Notes: generated by a model from the letters alone, not told the origin. A stretch of 64,000 bases of DNA from a virus (IMGVR_UViG_2675903334_000001), one strand, 5' to 3'; counted from the stretch's first letter, positions 54,400 to 64,000 are shown. Made by a program: numbers and translations.

Positions 54400-54848
54400 C
54401 CCTGTATCTGGTGACTGGCCCGCCGGCGGCCGGCAAGTCCACCTGGGTGCGCCAGAACGCCCGCCACGGCGACATCACCATCGACTACGACGCCATCGCT
54501 TCGGTGCTCACCCCGGCGGGCGGCGACCCGCACGACCCGCCGCAGCACATCCGCGCGGTCACCAAGGCCGCACGGCTAGCCGCGATCGACACCGCGCTAA
54601 TGCTGGCCGATCAGTGCGACGTGTACCTGATCCATTCGATGCCCGGCGAGGGCCTGCTCGCGCGCTACCGGGCTGCTGGCGCGCAGGTCATCACCATCGA
54701 TCCAGGTCAGGGCGTGGTCATGGCCCGGTGCAAGGCCGAGCGACCCTGGCGCATGGCGCAGGCAGCAAAACACTGGTACGCCGAGCAGTCCCACAGCAAA
54801 CATACCGACCCTGCCAGCAAACATGATGGAGGTGTGATGTCGTGGTGA
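54396..54848 (+). CDS. Small P-loop (AAA_33-like) ATPase/kinase
   Basis: LVTGPPAAGKSTWV, IDYDAI. Confidence 0.8.
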   Translation: MTLYLVTGPPAAGKSTWVRQNARHGDITIDYDAIASVLTPAGGDPHDPPQHIRAVTKAARLAAIDTALMLADQCDVYLIHSMPGEGLLARYRAAGAQVITIDPGQGVVMARCKAERPWRMAQAAKHWYAEQSHSKHTDPASKHDGGVMSW

Positions 54849-54926
54849 TGGCCAGCCGAAAGGCTGAAAACGTACTGACCTGCACCGATACACACGCCCC
54901 GAAGGGTCATAACCGCAGGTCAGGGC

Positions 54927-54938
54927 CCCTCCCCCCGA
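54927..54938. other. Candidate cos (cohesive end) sequence CCCTCCCCCCGA
   Basis: Located between HNH/ATPase and terS; resembles, from recall, 12-nt 3' overhangs of some mycobacteriophages; flanked by TGAC/GTCA inverted repeats. Confidence 0.45.
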
Positions 54939-54960
54939 AAATGTCCGGGTGGGGGGCCTT

Positions 54961-54994
54961 CCTGACCCCCGGAGGCTCCCGTCAGGTTTTTTTT
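54961..54994 (+). terminator. Hairpin plus T9 tract just before terS
   Basis: CCTGAC...GTCAGG followed by TTTTTTTTT. Confidence 0.55.
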
Positions 54995-55008
54995 GAACGC
55001 GGCGCGCG

Positions 55009-55410
55009 ATGACCGTGACAGCCAAGCCAGCGAAGGCCACCGCGAAGTCAGCAAAGTCTCCAGCTAAACGGGCAACGTGTCGGCCACCGGTCCCGCAGAA
55101 GACCGTCGGGCAGCGGCTCATCGAGGAACTCTCGCAAGACGACGACCCGTACCCGCTACAGCTCATCATTGAGCAGGCCGGGTACGCCGCCGACTACCTG
55201 GCCCGGCTCAACGCCCTGCTGGACGGCGACCGGGAGGCCTGGCTACAGCTCAAGATCGGCGCTAAGACCGTCGAGGTTGTGGTGAACAACGTGCTGGTGC
55301 AACAGCGCCAGCAGGCCGAGCAGATGCGCAAGCTGATCACCGAGGTCTATCGTCAGCGCGCCGCGCTGCCGGCTGATCCTGATGATGACGACGTGCTTGC
55401 CGGTATCTGA
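55009..55410 (+). CDS. Terminase small subunit
   Basis: Overlaps terL; helical, acidic DDDD end. Confidence 0.8.
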   Translation: MTVTAKPAKATAKSAKSPAKRATCRPPVPQKTVGQRLIEELSQDDDPYPLQLIIEQAGYAADYLARLNALLDGDREAWLQLKIGAKTVEVVVNNVLVQQRQQAEQMRKLITEVYRQRAALPADPDDDDVLAGI

Positions 55411-56971
55411 CCCGGCGGCGCGCCAGTGGCCAGAGTTCATCGGCTTGTGGCCACGCCTGAAGGGCAGTCAGACACCACGTTTCGAGTCCCGCCACCCTGG
55501 CGATGAGTCGTGGGGTGATCGCGCGGCGCGCTTGGGGTCGCGGATCGGTGTGCGCTGCATGCCCTGGCAGTGGCTCACCTTGCGTGCGGTGCTCTCGCTG
55601 CAGGAGCCCAACGAGTGGGGCGATCGGGTCTGGACGCACCGCGATGTGTGCATCGAGTGCCCGCGCCAGAACGGCAAGACCCTGATTGTGGTGCTACGCA
55701 TCATCTTCGGAATGCTGGTGCTGGGGGAGAAGATCGCCTACACCGCCCAGGAGTGGGAGACGGCCAAGGATGTGTTTGGCCGATGCGTCGATGTCATCGA
55801 GCGCATCCCGTCTTTGAAGAAGCGTCTGCGATCCGAGCCAACCTCGGCCGGCAACCGCGGCCTGATCAAGCTCGGCAACGGCGAAGCCAAGTTCGGGCCG
55901 CGCACCGCCAAGTTCGGGCGCGGCCTGACCGAGGTGGATCTGCTGATCCTCGATGAGGCCTACGACCTCACCGCCCAAGCCGAGGCCAGCTTGACCGGCG
56001 CGACCCGCGCCTCGACCAAGTCGACCGGCCCGCAGATCTGGTATGTCTCAACGCCTCCGGTGGCCGCGGTGCACCCGAACTGCCAGATCCTCACCGGGAT
56101 GCACAACCTGGGGCACAAGCGGTCCCCGGATCTGTACTACGCCCTGTATGCGGTACCGGAGGGCACCGAGCTCGGCGATATCGACGCCTACCGCCTGGCA
56201 CACCCGTCTTTGGGCGTTGTGGGTGATGAGCAGGAGCTGGAAGCCAAGCGGCGCAAGGCCCGTACCGCCGAACAGCGGGCGATCTTCACCGCCGACTACC
56301 TCGGGATTGGCGACTATCCGCCCGATGGGGACGAGGTCGGCTCGCCGATTCCGAACTGGAGCGACATGGCGAACGCCGAGGCCAAGCTCACGGGGGCACG
56401 CACCATCGCGGTGCGGCGGTCCTGGAATCGTCAGGTGTGGTCGATCAGCGCCGCGCAGATGGCCCAGGACGGCAATATCCACGTCGAGGTGGCACCGCTG
56501 CGCACCGGGACCCATTCGCAGATCGCCGAATATCTGGTCGCCAAGGTCACCGCGTGGAACCCGGTAGCGCTGGTGATCGACCGTAAGAACACCGCGCAGG
56601 TACTTGAGCCGCTGCTCATCGCGGCCGGTATCGAACCGCTGATGATCGGCACGTCCGAGATCGCCCAGTCCTGCAGCGGTTTTCTGGCCGACGCCGATGC
56701 CGTCAGGTTGTCGCACAGCGATCAAGCGGTACTCAACGACGAGGTGGCCACCGCCAGCATGCGCGAGCTGCCCGGCGGCGATTTCGTCTGGACCGAGGAA
56801 CCGGGCGGTGCGGGCATGCCGCTGATGAACGTGTCCATGGCGCACTGGGCCCTACGTAAGTACGGAACCAAGGCACCCGCCAAGACCGTCGGTGCACGCA
56901 CCGGGGCCACGCGAGAGCACCAATCACACCGGAATAGCGCCGATTTCGACGCGATGAGCGCCGCATTCTAG
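55382..56971 (+). CDS. terL: Terminase large subunit
   Basis: MPWQ, PRQNGKT, LILDEA. Confidence 0.94.
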   Translation: MMTTCLPVSDPAARQWPEFIGLWPRLKGSQTPRFESRHPGDESWGDRAARLGSRIGVRCMPWQWLTLRAVLSLQEPNEWGDRVWTHRDVCIECPRQNGKTLIVVLRIIFGMLVLGEKIAYTAQEWETAKDVFGRCVDVIERIPSLKKRLRSEPTSAGNRGLIKLGNGEAKFGPRTAKFGRGLTEVDLLILDEAYDLTAQAEASLTGATRASTKSTGPQIWYVSTPPVAAVHPNCQILTGMHNLGHKRSPDLYYALYAVPEGTELGDIDAYRLAHPSLGVVGDEQELEAKRRKARTAEQRAIFTADYLGIGDYPPDGDEVGSPIPNWSDMANAEAKLTGARTIAVRRSWNRQVWSISAAQMAQDGNIHVEVAPLRTGTHSQIAEYLVAKVTAWNPVALVIDRKNTAQVLEPLLIAAGIEPLMIGTSEIAQSCSGFLADADAVRLSHSDQAVLNDEVATASMRELPGGDFVWTEEPGGAGMPLMNVSMAHWALRKYGTKAPAKTVGARTGATREHQSHRNSADFDAMSAAF

Positions 56972-56985
56972 GAAAGGGGGCGAGC

Positions 56986-58377
56986 ATGGCTGATCAGACA
57001 GCACCGAAGAAGACCGCCGCCCCGCGCTCTGAACAGGGTTACGTGCTGAGCTCGGCCGGCGCGACGGGCTGGGGTGGGCCTACCGACCAATTCGAGCAGA
57101 CCACCGACCTGATCTGGCCGCTATCGGTGTGGACCTACACACGCATGGTCCGCGAGGACGCGCGAATTGCGTCGGTGCTGAGGGCGATTGGGCTGCCGAT
57201 CCGGCGCACCGCGTGGCGCATCCGTCAAAACGGCGCCACCGATGAGGTCACCGAGTTCATCGCCCGCAATCTGGGCCTGCCCATCGAGGGCGCCACCGAG
57301 CAGGACGAACCCCAGGCGCGGACCCGTGGCCGGTTCTCCTGGGATAAACACCTACAGCAGGCCCTCATGGCATTGCGGTATGGGCATGCGGTGTTCGAGC
57401 AGGTCTACCGCCTCGACGGCGAAGGCGCAGGTGCCCGTGCGGTGCTGCGCAAGCTCGCCCCGCGCCCCCAGGCCACCATCGCCAAGTGGAACGTCGACCG
57501 CGACGGCGGCCTGGTCTCGATCGAACAACAGCCCTCCAGCGCGTTCACCGTGACCTCGCGCGGGTTGGCGATACCGGTTGGTGGACCGCTGGATTCGACT
57601 ATTCCCGTCAACCGGCTCGTCGTGTATGCGCACGAACCCGATCCGGGGGTGTGGATCGGCAACAGCCTGCTACGGCCCGCCTACAAGCATTGGAAGCTCA
57701 AAGACGAGCTGATGCGCATCGAGGCCGCCGCTGCCCGACGCCACGGCATCGGCGTGCCGTGGATCAAGGGCAACGAAACCGATTCGCAAGACGACGACCG
57801 CATGGATGCGCTGCTGGACATAGCCTCGAAGTACAGCGGCGGCGAATCAGCCGGTCTGGCCCTGACCGAGGGCGAAGAGGCCGGCATCATGTCGCCGCAG
57901 GGCACCCCGATGGACCCGCGGCGTGCGATCGAGTACCACGACCACCAGATGGCCCTGGTTGCGTTGGCGCACTTCCTGAATCTGGATGGCAAGGGCGGCT
58001 CGTACGCGCTGGCCAGCGTGCAAGCCGACACGTTTGTGCAGTCCGTGCAGACCGTCGCCGACGACATCCGCGACACCGCGCAGGCGCATGTGGTCGAGGA
58101 TCTGGTCGACCTCAATTTCGGCGAAGACGAACCAGCCCCGCTGCTGGTGTTCGACGAGATCGGGTCACGCCAGGACGCCACCGCCGCCGCGCTGCAAATG
58201 CTCGTCAACGCAGGACTACTGACGCCCGACCCGCGTCTTGAGGCCTTCATCCGCTCGGCCACGGGCCTGCCCGGGCCCGACCCCAACGCACCCGAGACCG
58301 ACACGGACCCCGCCGCCGAACCGGGCGATGAGCCCGGCAGCGCCGCGGACAGCACGAACGGAGATCGCACACAGTGA
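56986..58377 (+). CDS. Portal protein
   Basis: RBS AAAGGGG; homolog of 1937-3316. Confidence 0.92.
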   Translation: MADQTAPKKTAAPRSEQGYVLSSAGATGWGGPTDQFEQTTDLIWPLSVWTYTRMVREDARIASVLRAIGLPIRRTAWRIRQNGATDEVTEFIARNLGLPIEGATEQDEPQARTRGRFSWDKHLQQALMALRYGHAVFEQVYRLDGEGAGARAVLRKLAPRPQATIAKWNVDRDGGLVSIEQQPSSAFTVTSRGLAIPVGGPLDSTIPVNRLVVYAHEPDPGVWIGNSLLRPAYKHWKLKDELMRIEAAAARRHGIGVPWIKGNETDSQDDDRMDALLDIASKYSGGESAGLALTEGEEAGIMSPQGTPMDPRRAIEYHDHQMALVALAHFLNLDGKGGSYALASVQADTFVQSVQTVADDIRDTAQAHVVEDLVDLNFGEDEPAPLLVFDEIGSRQDATAAALQMLVNAGLLTPDPRLEAFIRSATGLPGPDPNAPETDTDPAAEPGDEPGSAADSTNGDRTQ

Positions 58378-59627
58378 TGACCAGGAAGCCCAAGGCAGGC
58401 CAGCGCCCGCCCTGGTACAGCATCCGAGGCGCGGCCACCAGCGATGACGGACCGGCCGAGCTGCTGATCTACGACGAAATCGATTCGTGGTACGGCATTT
58501 CCGCCGAACAGTTCGTCCGCGACCTGGCCGGGATCGACAACGACGCCATCACGGTGCGCATCAACAGCCCCGGCGGCTCGGTGTTCGACGGCATCGCCAT
58601 CCTCAACGCGCTTCGTGATCACCGGGCCACGGTGACCGTCGTGGTCGATAGCCTCGCGGCCTCGATCGCATCGGTGATCGCGATGGCAGGCGATGAGATC
58701 GTGATGAACCGGGGCAGCCAGATGATGGTGCACAACGCGTGGGCGGTGTGTGTCGGCGATGCCCGCGACATGGAGAAGAGTGCGGCGCGACTTGCCCAGC
58801 ACAACAGCAACATTGCGCAGATCTACGCCGACCGCGCAGGCGGCACCGTGCAGGACTGGTTGGCGGTGATGGCCGAGGAAACCTGGCTGCTCGCCGACGA
58901 AGCGGTCGCGGCCGGTCTGGCCGATCGCGTCATCGAGCTCCCCGATCCTGATGCGAAGTCGGCTACCGCGCGCGCCTCGGTGTTCGATCTGTCGGCGTTC
59001 CGCTATGCCGGCCGCCAGTGCGCCCCCGTGCCACGAATACCGCTGGTGCACAACAAGACCCCTCAGCCCGAAGCGGGCGAGGTTCACAGAGGAAAGGAGC
59101 CACTTGTGGCAACCCTGAATGAGGGCCTCGCCAAGCTGCTCGGTATCGACGCCGACGCTTCTGACGAGACCATCCTGTCCGCCGCCGCCGAAGCGCTCGA
59201 CGAGCGCGCCGACGACGGCCAGGAAAACCAGGAAACCCCGCCTGCCGCGCCGACTTTGGAGCAGGCCACCGCGTTGGTGACCAAGGCAGGTTTGACGGTG
59301 GTTGAGAAGGCGCAGTACGAGGCCACCGTCGCTGCCGCGCAGGCGGGCGCCGAGGCGCGGGCACAGCAGCTGCGCGAGGGCGACGAGCGCGTGGTCGATG
59401 CGGCCATCGCCGACGGCAAGATCGCCCCGGCACGCCGCGCCCACCACCTGCAGGCGCTGGCCGCTGACCGCGAGGGCCACGGCGCCGTGCTGGCCGCACT
59501 GGCACCCGGCCTGATCCCGTACGCCGAGGCAGGCCATTCCACACAGCCTGTCGATGGCCCGGTGCCCAACGATCTGAGCTGGTTTGACTCCGCGCCCGTC
59601 GCGCCGAGTTCGGAAGGAAAGGAATAG
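58374..59627 (+). CDS. ClpP-like head maturation protease/scaffold
   Basis: IYDEID, RINSPGGS, LAASIASVI, MVHNAW. Confidence 0.92.
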   Translation: MMTRKPKAGQRPPWYSIRGAATSDDGPAELLIYDEIDSWYGISAEQFVRDLAGIDNDAITVRINSPGGSVFDGIAILNALRDHRATVTVVVDSLAASIASVIAMAGDEIVMNRGSQMMVHNAWAVCVGDARDMEKSAARLAQHNSNIAQIYADRAGGTVQDWLAVMAEETWLLADEAVAAGLADRVIELPDPDAKSATARASVFDLSAFRYAGRQCAPVPRIPLVHNKTPQPEAGEVHRGKEPLVATLNEGLAKLLGIDADASDETILSAAAEALDERADDGQENQETPPAAPTLEQATALVTKAGLTVVEKAQYEATVAAAQAGAEARAQQLREGDERVVDAAIADGKIAPARRAHHLQALAADREGHGAVLAALAPGLIPYAEAGHSTQPVDGPVPNDLSWFDSAPVAPSSEGKE

Positions 59628-59630
59628 ATC

Positions 59631-60008
59631 ATGACCAACGACAACGTAGGCGTCTACGAGCCCGGCCGGGACATCACCGGCCGCGCAACAGCGGCCGTCA
59701 CCGGTAAGCGGTTCCTCAAGATCAGCGGCAACCGCACCGCCACCGGAAACATCGCCGTGGCGCACGCGGACGCGGCGGGCCGGGTATGCGGGGTCTCCAA
59801 GTACGACACCGCCAGCGGCGACATCGTCGGTGTGGCACGCGGCAATTCGCGCGTCACCCACGTGACCGCGGACGGCGCTATCGCCGCCTTCGCGGAGATC
59901 GAAGTCGGCACCGCGGGCAAGGCCAAGACCAAAGCCAGCGGTATCGCCGTCGGCTACGCACTGACCGCGGCGGCCGATGGCGCCGACGCCGAAATCAGCC
60001 TCTACTAG
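59631..60008 (+). CDS. Capsid decoration/cement protein
   Basis: VYEPGRDIT...AADGADAEISL; position. Confidence 0.75.
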   Translation: MTNDNVGVYEPGRDITGRATAAVTGKRFLKISGNRTATGNIAVAHADAAGRVCGVSKYDTASGDIVGVARGNSRVTHVTADGAIAAFAEIEVGTAGKAKTKASGIAVGYALTAAADGADAEISLY

Positions 60009-60023
60009 GAAAGGGCTACCACC

Positions 60024-60929
60024 ATGGCAACATCTCCCGTCGCGTACCCGCTGGGTGCGCCGGTCATCAACGACAACAAGATCTCGGTCGACCTGGCGTA
60101 TAAGTCGCCGGGCCGGATCACCAAGCGGCTCTCGGATCTGACGCTGCAGAAGTTCATTGCCCCGGAGCTGTTTTCGTCCTCCGGGGCGAGCACCACGACC
60201 GGGGCGATCATCTACGACGTGATCCGGATCAACGAGCTGTACACCAAGAACGACGTGGAACAGCGCGGGCCGTCCGATGAGTACACGATCGTTCAGGGTG
60301 AGCGCTCCCAGCCCGAGGTCGCCAAGTCCGAGGACTGGGGTGGCAAGTTCTGGATGTCCGATGAGGCCATCCGGCGCAACGACACCGCGCAGATGGACCG
60401 CCTGACCACCCAGCTGGCCAATACCCTGGTACGCAAGATCAATCAGCGCACCGTGGCCGTGCTGGAGGCCGTGATCGCAAGCCTGGGTGGCGCTGGTGTG
60501 GTGCCCGGTCACGACTGGGGCAATGTCACCTTGTCCGGCAACACCCCGACGCCGAACAACGAACGCCCGTTCGCCGACATCATCGGGGCACAGCTGGCCG
60601 CCGATGTCGAAGAACTCGGCTACGTCTACAACGTGTGGGTGCTCAACCCCGTGCAGTACGCGGATCTGCGCATCGCCTACGGCCCCGAGCTTGACGCAGT
60701 GCTACGCGATGGCGATATCTCAACCTTCGTCTCCAATCGCGTGACACCCGGAACCGCCTATGCCGCAGTGCGTGGTGGTGTCGGGTTCCTGGACTACGAG
60801 CAGATGCTCTCCACCGAGACCTGGCGCACCCCGGAGAACAAGAAGAACTGGGTGCAGACCTCGGTGCTGCCCATCATGGGCGTCACCGATCCGTACGCCG
60901 TCAAGAAGGTCACCGGACTGGCGGGCTAG
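60024..60929 (+). CDS. Major capsid protein
   Basis: RBS GAAAGG; 301 aa; position. Confidence 0.9.
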   Translation: MATSPVAYPLGAPVINDNKISVDLAYKSPGRITKRLSDLTLQKFIAPELFSSSGASTTTGAIIYDVIRINELYTKNDVEQRGPSDEYTIVQGERSQPEVAKSEDWGGKFWMSDEAIRRNDTAQMDRLTTQLANTLVRKINQRTVAVLEAVIASLGGAGVVPGHDWGNVTLSGNTPTPNNERPFADIIGAQLAADVEELGYVYNVWVLNPVQYADLRIAYGPELDAVLRDGDISTFVSNRVTPGTAYAAVRGGVGFLDYEQMLSTETWRTPENKKNWVQTSVLPIMGVTDPYAVKKVTGLAG

Positions 60930-60975
60930 CCCCCGCCAGTTTTGGCTCAGCCCAACAGGTAAGGAGTTTGTTGAC

Positions 60976-61440
60976 ATGGCACAACATGTGGTGACGGCGG
61001 CGATGTGGGAGTACCGCACACCCGAGGGGAAACGCCGGCGCGCGTTTTTCGGCGATACCGTCGAGCTCACCGACCGGGAAGCCGAGCGCGGGTTCAGCGT
61101 GGGCGCGCTCGGCGTCGAGCTGCCGGCCGAATCGACCGATGACGACAGCGATCCGGCCGACGCGACCACCACCGGTGACGGCGAGGACGGCGCGGACGGT
61201 GGTGGGAGTGATGGTGGGGATGGCGATCCCGACCCCACCGCAGGCGCAGCCGGTGACCCGGTTGATGCCACCAGCACCGAGACCGGCACCGAGGGTGATG
61301 CACCGCGAAAGAGGCCGCTCAAGGCTGCGACCAAGCCCGTCCTGGTCGACTGGCTGATGGCCAACGGCACCTACGACCGCGGCGAGCTGGAGGATCAGGA
61401 CAAGGACGACCTGTGGGCCTTGATCGAGGCCACGGACTAG
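60976..61440 (+). CDS. Head-associated hypothetical protein with C-terminal helical domain
   Basis: RBS AAGGAG; acidic linker; KPVLVDWL...KDDLWALI. Confidence 0.7.
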   Translation: MAQHVVTAAMWEYRTPEGKRRRAFFGDTVELTDREAERGFSVGALGVELPAESTDDDSDPADATTTGDGEDGADGGGSDGGDGDPDPTAGAAGDPVDATSTETGTEGDAPRKRPLKAATKPVLVDWLMANGTYDRGELEDQDKDDLWALIEATD

Positions 61441-61444
61441 CACC

Positions 61445-61807
61445 GTGGCCGAATTCCTTGACGTAGAGGCGTTCGCCGCCATGTATCAGCCGCTGACGGC
61501 TGCTGAGAAACTGGTGGCGGCGCCTCTACTGACGGTTGTCTCCGATTGGATCCGCGATAAGAAGCCCAACATTGCCGACGACGATCCGGCCGCCAAGATC
61601 GTCACCTTCGAAGTCACCCGAGAGGCGCTGATCTACGGCGAATTCGGCCCGGTGTCTTCATTCACCAAGACGGTCGCCCACCGCACCAAACAGGCCGCGA
61701 TCGACCGCGAAGCCGTCGAGAAGTTCATCGCGCGCCGTCACTACCGCATGCTCGGTATCGCGGTACAGGCCAAGGCGCGCGGCCACTTCCCGAAGGGTGA
61801 CTACTGA
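61445..61807 (+). CDS. Head-to-tail adaptor
   Basis: Position; ends RGHFPKGDY. Confidence 0.8.
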   Translation: MAEFLDVEAFAAMYQPLTAAEKLVAAPLLTVVSDWIRDKKPNIADDDPAAKIVTFEVTREALIYGEFGPVSSFTKTVAHRTKQAAIDREAVEKFIARRHYRMLGIAVQAKARGHFPKGDY

Positions 61808-62214
61808 TGGACACCCTGGGCGGGCAGCGGCTCGGCATCGTGTGGGATGTGCCGGTGCTCGACGGGCAGGGCAATCCGGTCCTCGATGAGTACCGCAAGC
61901 CGCAGACCGCCGAACACGTTGTGTGGGTGGATAACTGCCTATTCGAGGTGCAATCGACGTCTGAGGACAATCAGGCCATCACCACCACGACCAGCGAGCA
62001 AGCGTGGGCGTTCCTGCCGGTCATCGATGGCCATATCCCCGCCGTCGATGGCAGTGGCGCCGCCGCGCCGGTCGCCGTTGTCGATATCGGTTCGGCGCAC
62101 CGGATTCGCCACCTGGGCCGCGATCACGGCATGGTCGGTGACGCGGTGCTCGAGTTCGACCTCGACGGCCGCGAAGATCACGTGTTCTGTATCTGTGAGC
62201 GCAGGGTCGGCTGA
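61807..62214 (+). CDS. Head closure/stopper protein
   Basis: Position; single domain. Confidence 0.7.
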   Translation: MDTLGGQRLGIVWDVPVLDGQGNPVLDEYRKPQTAEHVVWVDNCLFEVQSTSEDNQAITTTTSEQAWAFLPVIDGHIPAVDGSGAAAPVAVVDIGSAHRIRHLGRDHGMVGDAVLEFDLDGREDHVFCICERRVG

Positions 62215-62576
62215 TGGCCACGGAGCGCAGACCCAACCCGCTGGTGGCGTTGGGTGTGCCGCAGTCGGTGATCGACAAGGCGATCCACACCTCGGCGCAA
62301 GCCAAGGCCGAGAAGGCGCGCGTCGGCAAGCAGATGGCCGCACACGCCAAGTCCATCTCGCCGGCCGATCACGGCGACTACGGCGCGGCATGGAAAGTGC
62401 AGCAGGGCAAGGGCCGCGACGATGACACCAAGGTCGTCAACGACAACTTCAAAGCCCACTGGATTGAGGACGGCACCGGGGGCACCAGCCCGACACCGGA
62501 ATTCGCCGTCGCGGCCAAGACCGCCATAGCGTTCGGCGGCACCGCCGCCGATGTCATCAATAGGCCCGAGCGATGA
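62214..62576 (+). CDS. Neck protein (HK97 gp10-like)
   Basis: AHWIEDGTG...TPEFAVAAKTA. Confidence 0.7.
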   Translation: MATERRPNPLVALGVPQSVIDKAIHTSAQAKAEKARVGKQMAAHAKSISPADHGDYGAAWKVQQGKGRDDDTKVVNDNFKAHWIEDGTGGTSPTPEFAVAAKTAIAFGGTAADVINRPER

Positions 62577-62983
62577 GCGTCGCGCTGCATGAGCAGATGC
62601 CCCCCAACGCGATCGTGATGATGCTCGCCCATCTGGCACCGCTGGGGCCGTGCGAGATGGAACGTAACCCCGACGATCCGCTGCCGTTTCGTCAGGTGAA
62701 CATGATCGACGGCACCTACGACGCCAACCTGTTCTACTGCACCGCCGTCCTGTCGATCCACACCTTCGGTGCGACCATCACCGAAGCCCAACGCGAGGGC
62801 GCCAAGACCGACCAGCGCATCATGCTGCTCGGCAGCCAGATCGTGGATGTGCCCATGCCCGATGGCACCGTGGCCAACATCGACTACCTCGACTTCCAGC
62901 AGCTCTCAACGCTGCGCGAGTACAAGGCCGACAACGCATTTCGCCTCAAGGCGATCTGCGAACTCGGCCTGTCGTTCATCTAA
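62573..62983 (+). CDS. Tail terminator protein
   Basis: PLPFRQV...LSIHTF pattern; precedes major tail gene. Confidence 0.72.
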   Translation: MSVALHEQMPPNAIVMMLAHLAPLGPCEMERNPDDPLPFRQVNMIDGTYDANLFYCTAVLSIHTFGATITEAQREGAKTDQRIMLLGSQIVDVPMPDGTVANIDYLDFQQLSTLREYKADNAFRLKAICELGLSFI

Positions 62984-63075
62984 TCGTCGCGATCAACTGA
63001 TCGCGTCGCGGCCTATGCCGCACCTCAATCGCCGGAACCCTTTCCGGTTCATCACCTCTGAAAGGAGAGCGTCAC

Positions 63076-64000
63076 ATGACGCAACCCACACCCGGCGTTG
63101 GCTGGAGCGACGGCGGATTCAGTGACACCGACAACCGGTTCGCCATCCGCGGCCCACTGGTAGCAGTGCTGATTCGCGACTACCGGGGTGCGCTGACGGA
63201 CATCAGCCCCCACGTGTTCAATCCCCTGACCCCCGATGGCGGACTCCGCCCGGACCTGTTCGCGCAGCGCAAGATCGGCGGCAACTGGATCAACAACCCC
63301 GAGCCCAACGAGGGCTGGCTGTTCATGGGTGCCAACACCAAGACCGGCGGCCCCGAGCGCGAGCCGAACATCGACGTGAGTCCGCTGGAGATCCTGCAGT
63401 CGAACTACCCGATCGAAAAGGACATCACCAAGATCGAAAAGACGGTGAAGTTCACACCGATCGAATCGCTCAAGCCGCTGGTGAAGCGGGTGCGCAACAA
63501 CCTGCCGCTACAGGACGACGACGGCAACCTGCTGGTCGAGGACGCCGGTCAGAAGGACTTCTTTGTCGGAACCCCGCTGGAAGCCGATTTCGTGCCCCGA
63601 CAGCTGCTCTTGGTGCGCGCACGCTCGCGCGCGGGCGGCAAGCTGTACACCGTCGAGCCGATCCCGCTGTGCAAGCTCACCAAGATCGGCGCGGCCAAGA
63701 TGGACAAGGAAGACCCCGACGCCGCCGAGCTGGAGTTCTCCCTGGAACCTGACCCGTTCTTCCTGATCCCCGACCCGCGCAACTCGGCCATCCTGATCCC
63801 CGGCCTGGATGGTGAATGGGTTGGCGGCAAGGGGTGGACCACGATCGGCGGCGTTCCCAAGGTGTCCAATACCGCGCCGACGGTCACCGCCGGTGCCGCC
63901 GGTAAGGCCTCGATCGTGCTCGCCGATCCCACCGGCGCCGGTGATCCGTTCACCATCGAGGCCGAAAGCACCGTCGATGACGGGACGACCTGGCTGGAGG
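63076..64000 (+). CDS. Major tail protein, 3'-truncated by window
   Basis: RBS AAAGGAG; open frame to window end (absent from ORF track); AVLIRDYRGA, GGKGW motifs. Confidence 0.85.
   Translation, partial: MTQPTPGVGWSDGGFSDTDNRFAIRGPLVAVLIRDYRGALTDISPHVFNPLTPDGGLRPDLFAQRKIGGNWINNPEPNEGWLFMGANTKTGGPEREPNIDVSPLEILQSNYPIEKDITKIEKTVKFTPIESLKPLVKRVRNNLPLQDDDGNLLVEDAGQKDFFVGTPLEADFVPRQLLLVRARSRAGGKLYTVEPIPLCKLTKIGAAKMDKEDPDAAELEFSLEPDPFFLIPDPRNSAILIPGLDGEWVGGKGWTTIGGVPKVSNTAPTVTAGAAGKASIVLADPTGAGDPFTIEAESTVDDGTTWLE

Larger units (their letters stand above)
31442..64000 (+). mobile_element. Prophage 2 (left part: integrase, immunity, early, replication, packaging, head, start of tail)
   Basis: Starts at att core with an integrase, has a second and divergent terL/portal/protease/capsid set; continues beyond the window. 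Confidence 0.92.

Noticed and set aside
57681-60512. 943-aa minus-strand ORF (and similar long antisense ORFs at 2297-3241, 10611-11912, 25264-26688, 29433-30311)
   Set aside because: Shadow frames of real genes in GC-rich DNA; no motifs, no RBS, fully overlap well-supported genes.

Overview
GC-rich actinobacterial DNA made up entirely of two different, related siphovirus-type prophages lying head-to-tail. The gene families point to a Mycobacterium abscessus/chelonae-type host (inference). Prophage 1 (1 to ~31466, left part outside the window) supplies terminase, portal, head, tail, lysis genes and a reverse-strand ESX-secreted polymorphic toxin cassette (WXG100 + Tox-REase-5-like toxin + immunity + two extra genes). 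It ends at a 25-bp copy of the tmRNA (ssrA) 3' end, an att core. Prophage 2 starts at that same core and runs off the right edge: tyrosine integrase, an accessory regulatory trio (catalytically degenerate alpha/beta hydrolase, XRE-MmyB regulator, multi-pass membrane protein), repressor/Cro switch, antirepressor, RecE/RecT, replication genes, a moron island, HNH, a candidate cos region, and a second terminase-head-tail module. Best leads: (1) the junction is formally an attP, and prophage-1 late genes plus prophage-2 early genes make a complete ~55 kb hybrid genome that could be packaged cos-to-cos; (2) a membrane-anchored HNH nuclease moron, a candidate anti-phage system; (3) the pseudo-hydrolase/XRE-MmyB/membrane module beside the immunity switch, a candidate small-molecule sensing system; (4) a homing endonuclease that captured the N-terminus of the DnaQ-like gene while a recoded start keeps that gene intact; (5) a 15-bp exact motif shared by the att arm and the cos region. 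Family names come from motif recognition by eye; no database searches were run.
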